Assembly: GCF_006345805.1 (NCBI RefSeq)
Contig: NC_043003.1
Span: 116,870,001 to 116,934,000 of the forward strand
Length of the DNA: 64,000 bases
Origin: Octopus sinensis
Taxonomy: Eukaryota
Direction: 5' to 3'
Shown here: one piece after another, positions 11,258 through 23,590 of the stretch
Layout: each line of letters opens with the position of its first letter
Position numbering within the stretch: position 1 is the stretch's first letter
The notes under the pieces: generated by a model
Told to the model about the DNA's origin: nothing
The model's input: the letters and a program-made list of their open reading frames with translations, nothing else
The model's database searches: none
Program-made: the position numbers and the translations under genes

Positions 11258-12649
11258 AACTGTCGTATCATATGTCACGTAACCAAGAGCCTTAGACTTA
11301 TAGAAAGCAGAGTATTAAACAGTAATGACGTATCATTGAGCTTTGAGAAAAGCAATGCAGTTTTCGCATTTGTGACGGAAACCCTGCTCTGTCAACCAAG
11401 AATTGCTTTCTTTTTCAATATCATCATCCCAGATGATACTGGCTCTAAAGCAGCTTACTCTCTTTTCGTTGTCTATTCTACCGTAAACACCCGTAAACAC
11501 AATATTCCCTGCTTACCTGCTCCGTAATGTTCTCTCTATCCATCACCTCCCATTGATGCATTCTTTCCTTTTCACTTCATTTTCACTGTTAATATTCCAG
11601 TTCAAAAGCTAAATTCTTGGAATTAATTCTTCCTTAAAAAGAATGAAATCGCCTGAAATATACCCTTCTCCCCGCTTTCTCTTACTTCTCTCTTCCTTCC
11701 GGTTTCTCTGCCCCCTCGCTCACTATCTTTCTCAGATCTGCTCTTCTTTATAACGTTGATTAACAGCTAAGCACCAAATGTGCAGAACAGCCGTCTCAAT
11801 TTGAATAGTTAGAGGGACACCTACCTATACATGGTTCCTAAGAATTGCAATAAAAAATTATCTAAAACATGCCACATTCTGATTTCTCGCGCTCAAAAAT
11901 ACATTTTTCATGTAAATATTCTAACGGCTGTCAGGTTAGGTGTGGGGGGAAATGCGCCGTTGCATCGCGTTGCAGAGTCTAACTCGGAAAATCGAATAAC
12001 ATAGCCAAAACGGTTGAACTGGCACGCCCCGAACCATACAAATAACAGAACTCATTCCAGTTTCTGAGTATAAAACTTTGGTTGAAATCCGACCAATTGT
12101 AACCTAAAATCCTGCGACGGTTAAATGTAAAATTTGTGGCACTCTACCTAATTAAGAAATCATTATCTGATGCATCAGATGAGCAGAATCTTTAATGCGT
12201 CGTCCAAAATGCCTTGCAAGTAGTTAGTAGCGGCTCATTAGGTTTTAAGTTTAACTTTTATTGTAGCTGACTTTGCTTTCATCATGTCCAAATCGATAAA
12301 ATAAACTTGTAACGTATTGTATGCTATATAAGGGGCACCCTAATGCTTGGGGTTTTCCGTATATTATAAACATTCCTATTGTGAGGTAGTAAACGATATC
12401 GATACAAACTAAACGTGTATCATTAACCCATAAAACACTGGTGAGCACATTTTATGAAACTAAAACTAACATGCACACAAAAAAAAAACACAAAAAATAG
12501 TTAATATATCTTCTTAGTATACGATGGTCGCAAGTTTTACATCATCTTAAAACTCATTAGTTGAACTATTTTAGTCCTCTTGCATTCTGGAGAGTATCGG
12601 AGCACTTGAGTGACATTAGACCCAAACAAACGCCCATAAATTAAATGCA

Positions 12650-13060
12650 TGTATCTGGGCCACAATCGTGACATGTCGACCTCTGCCTCACGGCCACGAT
12701 CGTGGCCCGTCGTGCTTTATGCGTTAAGAAAGTACATCGCCGTCAGGAAACAGGACCAGACACTGCAACAGCATGGGTTTCAAGGGCCCACAGCTCTTCA
12801 ATATCCTCGCCAAAAGTACAAGAGTTCTATATGCGGTGGAGGTAGATGTGTCAAAAACAAAATTGTATCTCTTCCTATAGAGTTCACGGTGAACCTACCA
12901 CACGGCAGGAAACGCAGATGATGGCAGCAACATCAAACTCCCTCATTCACAAGTTCCACATATCAAAGTAGGTTTCAAATAGTGAAAGCGTAGCAAAGCT
13001 TACGGTGGTGCCCCAGCATGGCCACAACTCTCGCGATGAAACTAATAAAAGTTAAAAGAG
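12650..13060 (+). mobile_element. CR1-like LINE 3' fragment
   Basis: Frameshifted translation RTRHCNSMGFKGPQLFNIL...VDVSKTKL.LFL..V..EPTTRQETQMMAATSNSLIH; the 3' tail GGTGGTGCCCCAGCATGGCCAC...TAAAAGTTAAAAGAG matches SINE family B tails. Confidence 0.7.
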
Positions 13061-13472
13061 GAACATATTTGAAAGCAAAACATTTTTATTTACTTATATG
13101 TGTGTGTTTATATTGTACGAATGTACGTTAATATGCATGCATGCGTGTATGTATGCATGTACGGATGTATATATGTATGTCATTGTTTAGTTTATTTCAA
13201 AATTTCTTGCCAATAGAGAGAGAACCGGTTTCTAACCTGGATCCTAAGCTCCTTCATTGGAATTTCAACATGAACAACAAGGTATTTTTGTTTGTATGTA
13301 TGTATGTATGTATGTATGTATGTATTATGTATGTATGTATGTATGTATGTACGTACGTATGTGTGTATGTATGTATGCATGTATGTATTATGTTTGTATG
13401 TACATAATTGTATAATTTATGTATGTATTCTCATGCATATAGTTGCGTATCTAGACGTACTAATATATATTT

Positions 13473-14194
13473 AAATGATTAACTTCTGGAAATTTTTACA
13501 GATTTTTACAGTTCCAGTGATGGCTTGGATTTGTAGCTTTCGAATTATCTTTCTCCTTTTTGGTTTTGCGAAGCCTAATTTCTCAAGATTGGTATTTAGG
13601 CGGTGTGTTACATATCTCAGGGCCCCAATAATTACAGGTATAAACCTGAACTTGTAATCTGGATAGAGTTAACCTGAACTTACAATCTGGATAGAGTAAC
13701 TGAATAGTTCAGCATAGGTGTGCTCTTTTTCACTGATCTTCAGCTTTATGTTAACATCCACTGGACAGCTAATTTCCACAACTGTGCACAGTTTCTCTTC
13801 TCTATCCCAAATCATTATATCAGGTCTGGTGTGATTACATTTTATTGAGGTCTCCACTGGGACATTCCACCAGTATTCCTTTTTATTATTATGAGTAGCT
13901 ATGGCTTCTACCATATTGTGTGTTCTTATTTCTTTGTCCTCGGGATTATCGTTCCGACAGATTTCATTATAGAGTGTCCTAGCTACAGTATCATGTCTCC
14001 TCGGTAGATAATACAGTGATGTCGTTTTCGAATAGCAGCTTATGATGTGGGTGATATCTTCAGTGTGAACTCCACAAAGTCTGCATCGGTTGTCAGATTT
14101 TACTGCTTTTCCTGCATTTCTCTCCTTTTTGTGCCTCAGGTTCTTGGTTGATATTTCCTGTTCCTAGATTGCAAACGCATACCATGCTTGGTCC
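13473..14194 (-). mobile_element. 5'-truncated RLE-type non-LTR retrotransposon (R4/NeSL-like): CCHC finger plus restriction-like endonuclease
   Basis: Translation RCRLCGVHTEDITHIISC...RHDTVA...WWNVPVETSIKCNHTRPDIMIWD...VVEISCP...FIPVIIGAL; a 28-bp tandem duplication (13643-13698) breaks the frame; flanked by (TATG)n tracts. Confidence 0.85.
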
Positions 14195-15285
14195 ATGTAT
14201 GTATGTATGTATGTATGTATGTATGTATGTATGTATGTATGTATGTATGTATGCATGTATGCATGTATGTATGTATGTATGCATGTATGTATGTATGTAT
14301 GTATGTGTGTGCATGTGTGTACCGATTTACGCATGTATGAATGTATATACGGATTTGCGTGTGTATGTACGCATGTGCGTGTATATATGTGTACTTGCAT
14401 GTAAGCACGCCTGAAAGTACATGTATATATATAATCACTTATAATTTTGTATCTTGTAAAGAACAGAAACCAAATATCTGCAAGGATGGCATGTCTTGCC
14501 ACTTGCTAGACATAAGCACCCATTTCCCTTCCTATGACACCATATTTTCTTACAGAAAAAATAGCAAATTACGTTGAACAATGTAATTCGATAAGAGATG
14601 ACCAGGGGTTAAACACCAACAATAACAAGCGCAATACCAATAAATTGATAATTCAATATATTATCTACATGGCCATTTTGATTCTATCTTCTTCCTCATG
14701 TTGCACTCTCTTATGATATCCCCTTCCATTTGTTCTCCTTACCAAATATTCCATTTTTTTTTCTTCAAAATTTACGATGCTGTAGCAGGCTGGCTTTTAT
14801 AGTTGCCATTTCTCGTTTCTGTCGGAATGTGGTAACTAAATTGTAGCTTCAAAATTTACGCACCAAATTATATTTTATCGCAGACAAACATTTAAAAATA
14901 TTAAACATAACTAAAAAGTTAAAGCATATGACAAAATAAGAAAGAAAATATTGTATAAAATATCTAATAAAGGTTAGATTTTATTGGTTTATCCCTTGTT
15001 TATGAACGGTTCTGTACTTCTAACTCTTACTATCGCTATAAGTCATTTGCACTTATCTGTAAAGTAATAACGAGTTATGTATCATAGCAATGATTTATGG
15101 CACATCTTAAATAGTTAAAAATAACAATAAATAATGGTGTTAAGAGGAATTTACACACACTCACAGATGTGTGTGTGTGCATACCCGCCTGCATGAATGC
15201 GTATTATATAAATATATATAATATATATTTATATATATATATATATATATATAATATTTTATATATAATATTTACATTTTATTTA

Positions 15286-15385
15286 NNNNNNNNNNNNNNN
15301 NNNNNNNNNNNNNNNNNNNNNNNNNNNNNNNNNNNNNNNNNNNNNNNNNNNNNNNNNNNNNNNNNNNNNNNNNNNNNNNNNNNNN
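15286..15385. other. Assembly gap (100 N)
   Basis: Run of exactly 100 N. Confidence 0.99.
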
Positions 15386-15518
15386 ACGTCGTGAGCAGGA
15401 AAAACAAAAAAAAACAAAAAACAAGAACCGAAAGAAAAAACAGTTACAGGACGAGCTACACAAGGAAAATATATATATAACATATATAACATACATATAT
15501 ATATATATATATATAGTA

Positions 15519-15568
<50 letters not shown>

Positions 15569-15596
15569 AATTATATATAAATAGATATATACATGC

Positions 15597-15632
<36 letters not shown>

Positions 15633-15728
15633 TATATGTATTTACTTTATTCTTACTTACGTGCACCCTCACTGATATGCATCAAGCAAAAACACTCAAG
15701 GTTTTTCTGAAATACTATATGTAACATT

Positions 15729-16035
15729 TACTCTACTCTTTTACTTGTTTCAGTCATTTGACTGCGGCCATGCTGGAGCATCGCCTTTAGTCGAGCAACT
15801 CGACCCCGGGACTTATTTTTTTGTAAGCCCAGTACTTATTCTATCGTCTCTTTTGCCGAACCGCTAAGTAACCAGCATCGGTTGTCAAGCAATGCTAGGG
15901 GGACAAACACAGACACACAAACACACACATACATAATATATATATACATATATACGACGGGCTTCTTTCAGTTTCCGTCTACCAAATCCACTCACAAGGC
16001 ATTGGTCGGCCCGGGGCTATAGCAGAAGACACTTG
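15729..16035 (-). mobile_element. 5'-truncated SINE family B
   Basis: Matches the reverse complement of the 3' two-thirds of 27198-27642. Confidence 0.85.
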
Positions 16036-16592
16036 ACTCTTGTCAACTAATTTGTAATGATAGAGATTTGATTCTTTGCAGAAAATACCTTCGTTTATGG
16101 TATAAATTCAAAAAATTAAAATAGGAAGATGTTACAACAGAGATCAGACTTGTATAAATTTGGAAATGAAAGTGTAATTACAATCGAGTTAAGGAAATGT
16201 AAAAATATCGAAAACGGTTGGAGAAGTATTGCCTGTAGCATGACCAAATATACATAATTTATGGAATACATTCATACATACATGTCCATATTCATACATA
16301 TACATGTGTGTGTATGTGTATGTGTATGTATATTTGTTTGTGTATATATAAAGATATATAAGTAAGCCAATTAATATTCGCTAAGATGAACAAATGCCAG
16401 CTTATATAGACATAGATAAAAACATTTGCTGTTACCTGAATGCTTACATGTATATATACCTGTATATATGGTTAGCATGTGATGCTGTTTAAATTGTTAT
16501 GGGAAAGTCATGATCTGCGGGCGGCTAGAGATTATATCTCAACTGGAGAACAATTAAAAAAATTAAAAACATACACACAAATCTATGTGTAC

Positions 16593-16630
<38 letters not shown>

Positions 16631-17706
16631 TTATGCCCATAGTATATATACATATATGTATACGTAGATAAATACCAACATATAATTATATACATACATG
16701 ATTACATAGACATACAAACACACATACGCACACAAGTACATATATGTACATATATACACATACATAGGCACACAAATATATAGCATACGTATACATACAT
16801 ACACGTATTTACATACATATAAACATTCATGAATACATATGCATATACCTACGTACATACTTGCGTATTTATATACATGCATATGTAATAGCTTTAAATT
16901 GCAGTTAATATTTTGATCAAGCTGTCCACTTTCTCTGAATCCGCTAATGCAAAGTACCTTTGGAAGTTGCAGAACATAATTTTCACTTTATTTTGAAAGG
17001 CCGAAAAATATAAACATAAATCGCAATTTCGGAGTATTTGCCGTAAGCTTAATGTATATCAGGGCCTGGTTTTCAATTAGGACCATTTAAGAGGATAATT
17101 ATAATGGAAATGGGAAGCTGGTTTCAAGAGCTATTTCCCATTCGAAAGTTATACCGGATGAAAATCTTTCAACATTGCCTGTTACAAAATAAATTATTTA
17201 CAATTTATAGAAACAAGCTTTCAAATGGAATAAGAATAGGTGTATAAATGTTTATGGTTATCTGTATCTTTAATGATTAAATGTGTGTATGAGGTGCGTA
17301 CGTGTGTGTTTTTACGTGTAGCTTTATACAATTTGCTTGCTTGTATGTATGTTCGTGTGTAACTCCATATACGTGTGGCTATGGACGTGTGTGTGTGGTT
17401 ATGGACGTGTGTGTTCCGTCTCCGACGCTGTTAAAACCTGCTCGTAAATTGTTAGGATAAGGGCCAATAGTAAAGTATTTACTTTACGTACAATTTTCAT
17501 AATCCTCATTCGCCGAACCGCTAAACATTTTGATTTACTGCTTGAATAACGTTTATCAGTGGTTTCAATTCCCGATATCCGCCTCATAACTCTTATAGCT
17601 GCTTCGAATCATGTTCTGTGTACGTAAGAAGATGCGTTAAATTGCTTCCGTTCCTTGCATTGACAATGTATTCTAGATGCATTGATTGGAATGTATGTGG
17701 AGGTGT

Positions 17707-17795
<89 letters not shown>

Positions 17796-18442
17796 TAATA
17801 TGCTTTCATTTGTGTGTGTTGTGTGAATGAATGTCTATGTGACCGCTGCAGTTGTGCGTTCATTCTTTGAGGTCATCTATATCTATAAATATGAAGGTGG
17901 CATTAATTTGATGTATTCATTTCGTATATATGAACAAGAACTCACGTGGATAATCGGTGGGGAGGAACCGGAAATGAGATTGAGCGACATTCATGCCCTT
18001 CTAAATAGTATTGATTTTCTAGAACGATACAAATTGAATCGCCATTAATTTAGAATATAACTGATGGATACACTCTCCGCCGAAAATCGAGGGAAATGCA
18101 ATTTTGTGCCTGGGGGAAATGTTAACTCAACTGAAGAATAAACTGAAATAAAAAAAAATAACATTATTCTCTTCAACAATATTTCCTTATAGCATAGACA
18201 CAAGGTGTTAAATAGGGGTGGCGAAGGGTATATCCGTTTCATAATTGCATGACGTAAAATGTATAGGTGCTGTTGAGATGGAAAATAGTGTCGGTGACTG
18301 AAACACGATGGCAGCAGTAGTTGTCTTGTCTTAGTTTCGATTCTATAAAGTCTTGGATATTCATACGAGAACCTGTAAGTAAACTGTTTGCAAACTGTAA
18401 CCACACCGATACACTCATTGGCGAATAGAAACAATAATGTAG

Positions 18443-18670
18443 GCGTCCGGTGGGTGAACTGAGCCGTGATGTCCTTCTCCCAACTCCACTTCCCAACTGG
18501 CGGAAACGTGCGGGCGGGCAGCTGAAGACCTGGGTTACGACGATCAAGGAGGACCTCTCTGTACTCACCGGACCGCAGGTGGTCGGCCTGCGCCGATGGA
18601 GCCGTGACTGGCTTGCTATCTCCAGTGAACTGGCGCAGGAACGTCGTGCGTGGGCTGCCATGGTTCGAGA
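18443..18670 (+). mobile_element. RTE-clade LINE C-terminal fragment
   Basis: Translation DVLLPTPLPNWRKRAGGQLKTWVTTIKEDL...LAQERRAWAAMVR; GC-richer than the flanks. Confidence 0.75.
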
Positions 18671-18825
18671 AAAGAAACAACAAATATCTTACAAACTATA
18701 GAATTTTCTCAATAAAGCCAAAAGAAAAAGATGTTTTATAAACACATTCTACCAGTATACGAAGTTTAAAATTGTTTAGTTACCTAGAAATTATGTTAAA
18801 AACTGCCGTTCAAACCGAAAAGATC
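18671..18825. mobile_element. Right end of the MITE family seen at 8652-9065
   Basis: Near-identical to ~8911-9064, including the TIR. Confidence 0.8.
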
Positions 18826-19164
18826 AACTAAATAAGATCTGAAAAAAAAAATTTTTAAATAAAAGCACTCATGTTACACGGAACCCTAGAGTCTGCCGCG
18901 ATTCCCAGCGAAACAGATTATGTCTACAGCATAATTGTCCATTTACCCATCTCCCGGGGGCCTCGTCGCACAAGTAAGAATATAAACGGGACCCCTAACC
19001 AATACAAAACCTACCACCAGAGTTGATGATTTCGATTCCTAGACTGCAGGGTCGCTTTGGATACTTGAGTAAAATACATCATTTCAGTACAGTTTATTCA
19101 GCAGGGTTATAGGTGAGCGGGGCTCAGGAGATGTTTGCGTCTGTTTGTGGTAACATAGGCACGT

Positions 19165-19918
19165 TAGAGGCGGCAAGCTGGCAGAAAAGTTAGCACGCCG
19201 AGCGAAGTGCGAAGCCGTATTTCGTCTGCCGTTACGTTCTGAGTTCAAATTCCGCCGAGGTCGACATTGCCTTTCATCCTTTCGGGGTCGATAAATTAAG
19301 TACCAGTTACGATGTAATCGACTTAATCCGTTTTTCTGTCCTTGTTTGTCTCCTCTGTGTTTAGCCCCGTGTAGGTAGTAAAGAAATAGGTATTTCGTCT
19401 GCCGCTACGTTCTGAGTTCAAATTCCGCCGAGGTCGACTTTGCCTTTCATCCTTTCGGGGTCGATAATTAAGTACCAGTTACGATGTAATCGACTTAATC
19501 CGTTTTTCTGTCCTTGTTTGTCTCCTCTGTGTTTAGCCCCGTGTAGGTAGTAAAGAAATAGGTATTTCGTCTGCCGCTACGTTCTGAGTTCAAATTCCGC
19601 CGAGGTCGACTTTGCCTTTCATCCTTTCGGGGTCGATAAATTAAGTACCAGTTACGATGTAATCGACTTAATCCATTTGTCAGTCCTTGTTTGTCTCCTC
19701 TGTGTTTAGCCCCGTGTAGGTAGTAAAGAAATAGGTATTTCGTCTGCCGCTACGTTCTGAGTTCAAATTCCGCCGAGGTCGACTTTGCCTTTCATCCTTT
19801 CGGAGTCGATTAAATAAGTACCAGTTACGCACTGGGGTCGATATAATTAACTTAATCCGTTTGTCTGTCCTTGTTTGTCCTCTCTGTGTTTAGCCCCTTG
19901 TGGACAGTAAAGAAATAG
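19165..19918 (+). mobile_element. Tetrameric SINE family A insertion with 16-bp TSD
   Basis: One head plus four head-to-tail units starting at 19217, 19390, 19562 and 19735; GGTAACATAGGCACGT at both 19149-19164 and 19918-19933. Confidence 0.9.
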
Positions 19919-19944
19919 GTAACATAGGCACGTCAATCAATTAT

Positions 19945-20170
19945 CTATTTCTTTACTACCCACAAGGGGCTAAACACAGAGAGGACAAACAAGGACAGAC
20001 AAACGGATTAAGTTAATTATATCGACCCCAGTGCGTAACTGGTACTTATTTAATCGACTCCGAAAGGATGAAAGGCAAAGTCGACCTCGGCGGAATTTGA
20101 ACTCAGAATGTAGCAGCAGACGAAATACTGCTAATCATTTCGCCCGGCGTGCTAACGTTTCTGCCAGCTC
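19945..20170 (-). mobile_element. SINE family A, inverted relative to the tetramer
   Basis: Reverse complement of unit 4, about 4 mismatches over ~184 bp. Confidence 0.9.
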
Positions 20171-20275
20171 CAGACCGTGGTACAAGCCGCATGCATACTC
20201 GTTAGAGCATCCGAAAAAATGCCTTGCGCTATTTATATTTGTTTCGAAAGCTTCAGTAAAGAATCTAGAAACTCC

Positions 20276-20470
20276 ACAGCAGCAGCAGCAACAGCGGTAG
20301 CTACAGCTGCTGTTTCGTCGGCAGCGGCGCAAGAGGGCGCAGCAGTCGGGACAACAGCAACAAGAACAGTCAAAGCATCACCAGCAGCAGTAGCAGCAGC
20401 TGTCGTTGTAGTAGTAGGTGTAGGAGGAGCAGTTTGCCAAGAGAAAGTAGCAACAACAGCCGCAACAAAA
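20276..20470. repeat. Decayed (CAG)n/(GCA)n low-complexity tract
   Basis: Triplet-rich; the Gln frame is broken by several TAG stops. Confidence 0.7.
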
Positions 20471-20564
20471 TGATGAAAAAAAAAATTTTTTTAAAAGGTG
20501 GGAGAAACGAGGCAGAAACGCCGAAGAGAGAAAAGACAGAAAACAAAATAACAACAAATAATAC

Positions 20565-21192
20565 CTCTCTCTCTCTCTCATTCTCTCCCTCTCTCTCCCT
20601 ATCTCTCTCTTTATCCCTCTCATTCTTTCTCTCTGTCCCTCTCTCCCCATCTCTCTCTCCCTATCTTTCTCCCTATCTCTCTCTATATCGCTCTCTCATT
20701 TTTTTCTCTCTTTCCCTCTTTCCCTATCTCTCTCTCTATCTCTCTCTCCCTCTCTACTCTCTCTCTCCCTCTCTCTCTCTCTATCTCTCTCCCTCTCTCT
20801 CTCTCCCTCTCTCTCTCATTCTTTCTCTTTCTCTCTCATTCTCTCTCTCTCCCTCCAGCTCACTCTCTATCTCTCTCTCTCCCTCTCTATCTCTCTCTCT
20901 CCCTCTCTATCTCTCTCTCTCTCCCTCTCTATCTCTCTCTCTCTCTATCTCTCTCTATCTATCTCTCATTCTCTCTCTCCCTCTCTCTAATTCTTTCTCT
21001 TTCTCTCTCATTATCTCTCCCCTCTTCTCCCTCTCTCTCTCCCTCTCTATCTCTCTCTCTCCCTCTCTATCTCTCTCTCTCTCCCTCTCTATCTCTCTCT
21101 CTCTCTATCTCTCTCTATCTATCTCTCATTCTCTCTCTCCCTCTCTCTAATTCTCTTTCTCTTTCTCTCTCATTATCTCTCCCCTCTTCTCC

Positions 21193-21226
<34 letters not shown>

Positions 21227-21230
21227 CCTC
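20565..21230. repeat. Long polypyrimidine (CT)n compound microsatellite with higher-order duplication
   Basis: Direct inspection. Confidence 0.9.
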
Positions 21231-21652
21231 AGTTGATATTCTCTGTGTGAGTGAAGGCTGAAAGAATCTTTACAGTTCTTTTCGAGATGTTATTCAGTGG
21301 AATCAAGCGATAAGTTTATGGAGGATAAAGATTACAACTGAAGATGAAAAATACTAATGTTAAATGCATTGAGACAGTTTTGCAGATAAGCTGCGTGGAA
21401 TTCGCTTTGCTTTAATTTAAAACGTTTCCTTCCTTAGTTCCTTCTGCAGGCTTTCACTAGCTTTCCTCATTAGGGGTGGTCATCTTGAAGCACGGCTTTC
21501 AACAATATTAGCTGATCAAGAGAGAAGTATATACATAAAAGAACACACACACGCGCATGTGCGCCCTTGCATTTACGTATGCCGGTCTGCAAACACACAC
21601 GTAAGCCAGTTTATATAATCCGGTGTTGAGTTTCTTTCAATTTCATCTGAAA

Positions 21653-21854
21653 CTAGCCGTATCGCCCGGCGTTGCTCGGGTTTGTAAGGGAAATAACTAT
21701 ATAAGCATTTTTAGAGATGTAAAGTATAATAGCCATCTCAATATGGCTAACCGCAAAGGGGTGGGGGGTTACTGTAGCTTTTTACGTTCTGAGATTTAAT
21801 AATACGTTTTTAGAGAGTTACTTCCCTTATATATGCCAAAAATCCATTAAAAAT
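21653..21854 (-). mobile_element. Helitron 3' portion (partial)
   Basis: CTAG terminus at 21653 with hairpin; internal segment as in the 25578 copy; 5' end missing. Confidence 0.8.
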
Positions 21855-21893
21855 AGTATATTAGTTGCTATCGAATAACTAATTTACATATCT

Positions 21894-22294
21894 TCTTTAT
21901 ATATAAAAGTGAGGTTGTGTGTTGTCTGTCTCCTACGATTTAGATTCCTAACTACTCCCACACTTTGCGGTGCAGTGTAACCAAAACCGGGTATCTTATA
22001 GTCGTGATTCATATCGAGCCCTTCTGGGTATTAGCGCGCGTCTACGATGAGTCTACGATTAAAAAAAAATTATCATCATTTTTTTCCATTTTAATGCAGT
22101 TTTTTCGCTATTATATAAGGGGAGTAACTCTCTAAAAATGTCTACAGTGAGTCAACGATTTAAAAAAAAAATTTACCATCATTTTTTTCCCATTTTTAAT
22201 GCATTTTTTTTGCTATTTTTGGCTATAACTCTCTAAAAATGCTTATATAGTTATTTCCCTTACAAACCCGAGCAACGCCGGGCGATAGGGCTAG
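21894..22294 (+). mobile_element. Non-autonomous Helitron, full length
   Basis: 5'-TCTTTATATATAAAAG...CCCGAGCAACGCCGGGCG...CTAG-3' followed by T; carries an internal duplication. Confidence 0.85.
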
Positions 22295-22864
22295 TTTCAG
22301 ATAAAATTGAAAGAAACTCGATACCGGATTATATAAACTGGCTTACGTGTATGTTTGCAGACCGGCATACGTAAATGCAAGGTCGCACACGCGCGTGTGT
22401 GTGTTCTTTTATGTATATACTTCTATCTTTTAATTGTTTCAGGGTTCAGGGGTTTCTTCGTACAAATTAAACCCCAGGACTTATTTCTAAGTGTCTAGAA
22501 CTTATAGTGTACGATGTTAAGTTACTTGGACGTAAACAAACCAGCACTGGTTGTTAATCGGGGGTGAGATCAAACACGAACACAACGAACCCACCCCACC
22601 AACACACATACACACGTATACCTACACACCGACGTGTGTATGTATGTGTGTGTTTGTGTGTGTGTATGTGTATGTGTATGTATGTGTATGTATGTGTGTG
22701 TTTGTGTGTGTGAGTCCGTGTCTATGTATGTGTGTGTATGTATGTGTGTGTATGTGTGTGTGTGTTTGTGTGTGTGTGTCCGTGTCTATGTATGTGTGTG
22801 TATGTATGTGTGTGTTTGTGTGTGTGAGTCCGTGTCTATGTATGTGTGTGTGTGTCCCTAGTGT

Positions 22865-23590
22865 CATCCAGCAACACCAGCGACCTTGGAGTAATTGTTG
22901 ATAACAATTTAAAATGGAGTTCTCACGTAAACAGCTAAACGGACTTGGCCCGCAAAATGTGCTCCTGGATTCTGAGAAGTTTCCGGTCTAGAGATGCCTA
23001 CACCATCACATTCTCTACTCTACTTTTGCCAGACCCCACCTTAAATACTGTTGGCCACTGTGGTCCCGCCATACGAAGTAACTTATTATGAAAGTGGAAG
23101 CACTGCAGAGGTCAATAACTAGAAAGATAGACTGCATGAGAGGCATTGATTATTGGGGTCGACTAGAAAAAATCAATCTCTACTCTCTCCAACGCCGCCG
23201 GGAGCGCTACACCATCTGTGTTGGTATCGATTTTAAGATCCATCCGAGACTTGCCCCCCCCCCCTCCGTGCTATACGCCCACTACAAAAATCGAACTCGG
23301 TACACATAGCAACATTACGTCACAATTACGTTTCCTCAACCGGTCCAGCTCTCTTTAATACCATACCAAAATACGTCAAAACGGAAACGGATCCCATAAA
23401 ATTCAAATGTTCACTGGACAAATATCTTCAAAAAATCCCGGATCAACCTCCTACGCCTGGATATGTATCCCACAATAATAATTATTTGCTAGAGTGAGGC
23501 ATGGTACCCCATATATGACTAAAAGATTTCACCAGGCGGTGCTATTAAGTTAGACATGTCCTGGGCCTATACTGACCGAAACCTATCAAA
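22865..23590 (+). mobile_element. CR1-clade LINE 3' fragment (RT thumb to 3' UTR), disrupted
   Basis: Translation [17 protein letters not shown]...ILRSFRSRD...RPHLKYC.PLWS...VEALQRSITRKI...RLEKINLYSLQRRRERY...FNTIPK...FKCSLDKYL. Confidence 0.85.

Noticed and set aside
18045-18683. 212-aa minus-strand ORF
   Set aside because: Antisense of an RTE fragment fused to AT-rich flank; no recognisable domain.
19217-19918. Regular ~173-bp repeats suggestive of a CRISPR or satellite array
   Set aside because: No unique spacers; the units are SINE bodies bounded by a TSD.
20177-20473. Ala/Val-rich ORF and poly-Q frame
   Set aside because: Decayed CAG repeat; the Q frame has multiple stops and there is no splice or domain support.
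20434-21150. 238-aa Ser/Leu ORF
   Set aside because: (CT)n microsatellite translation.
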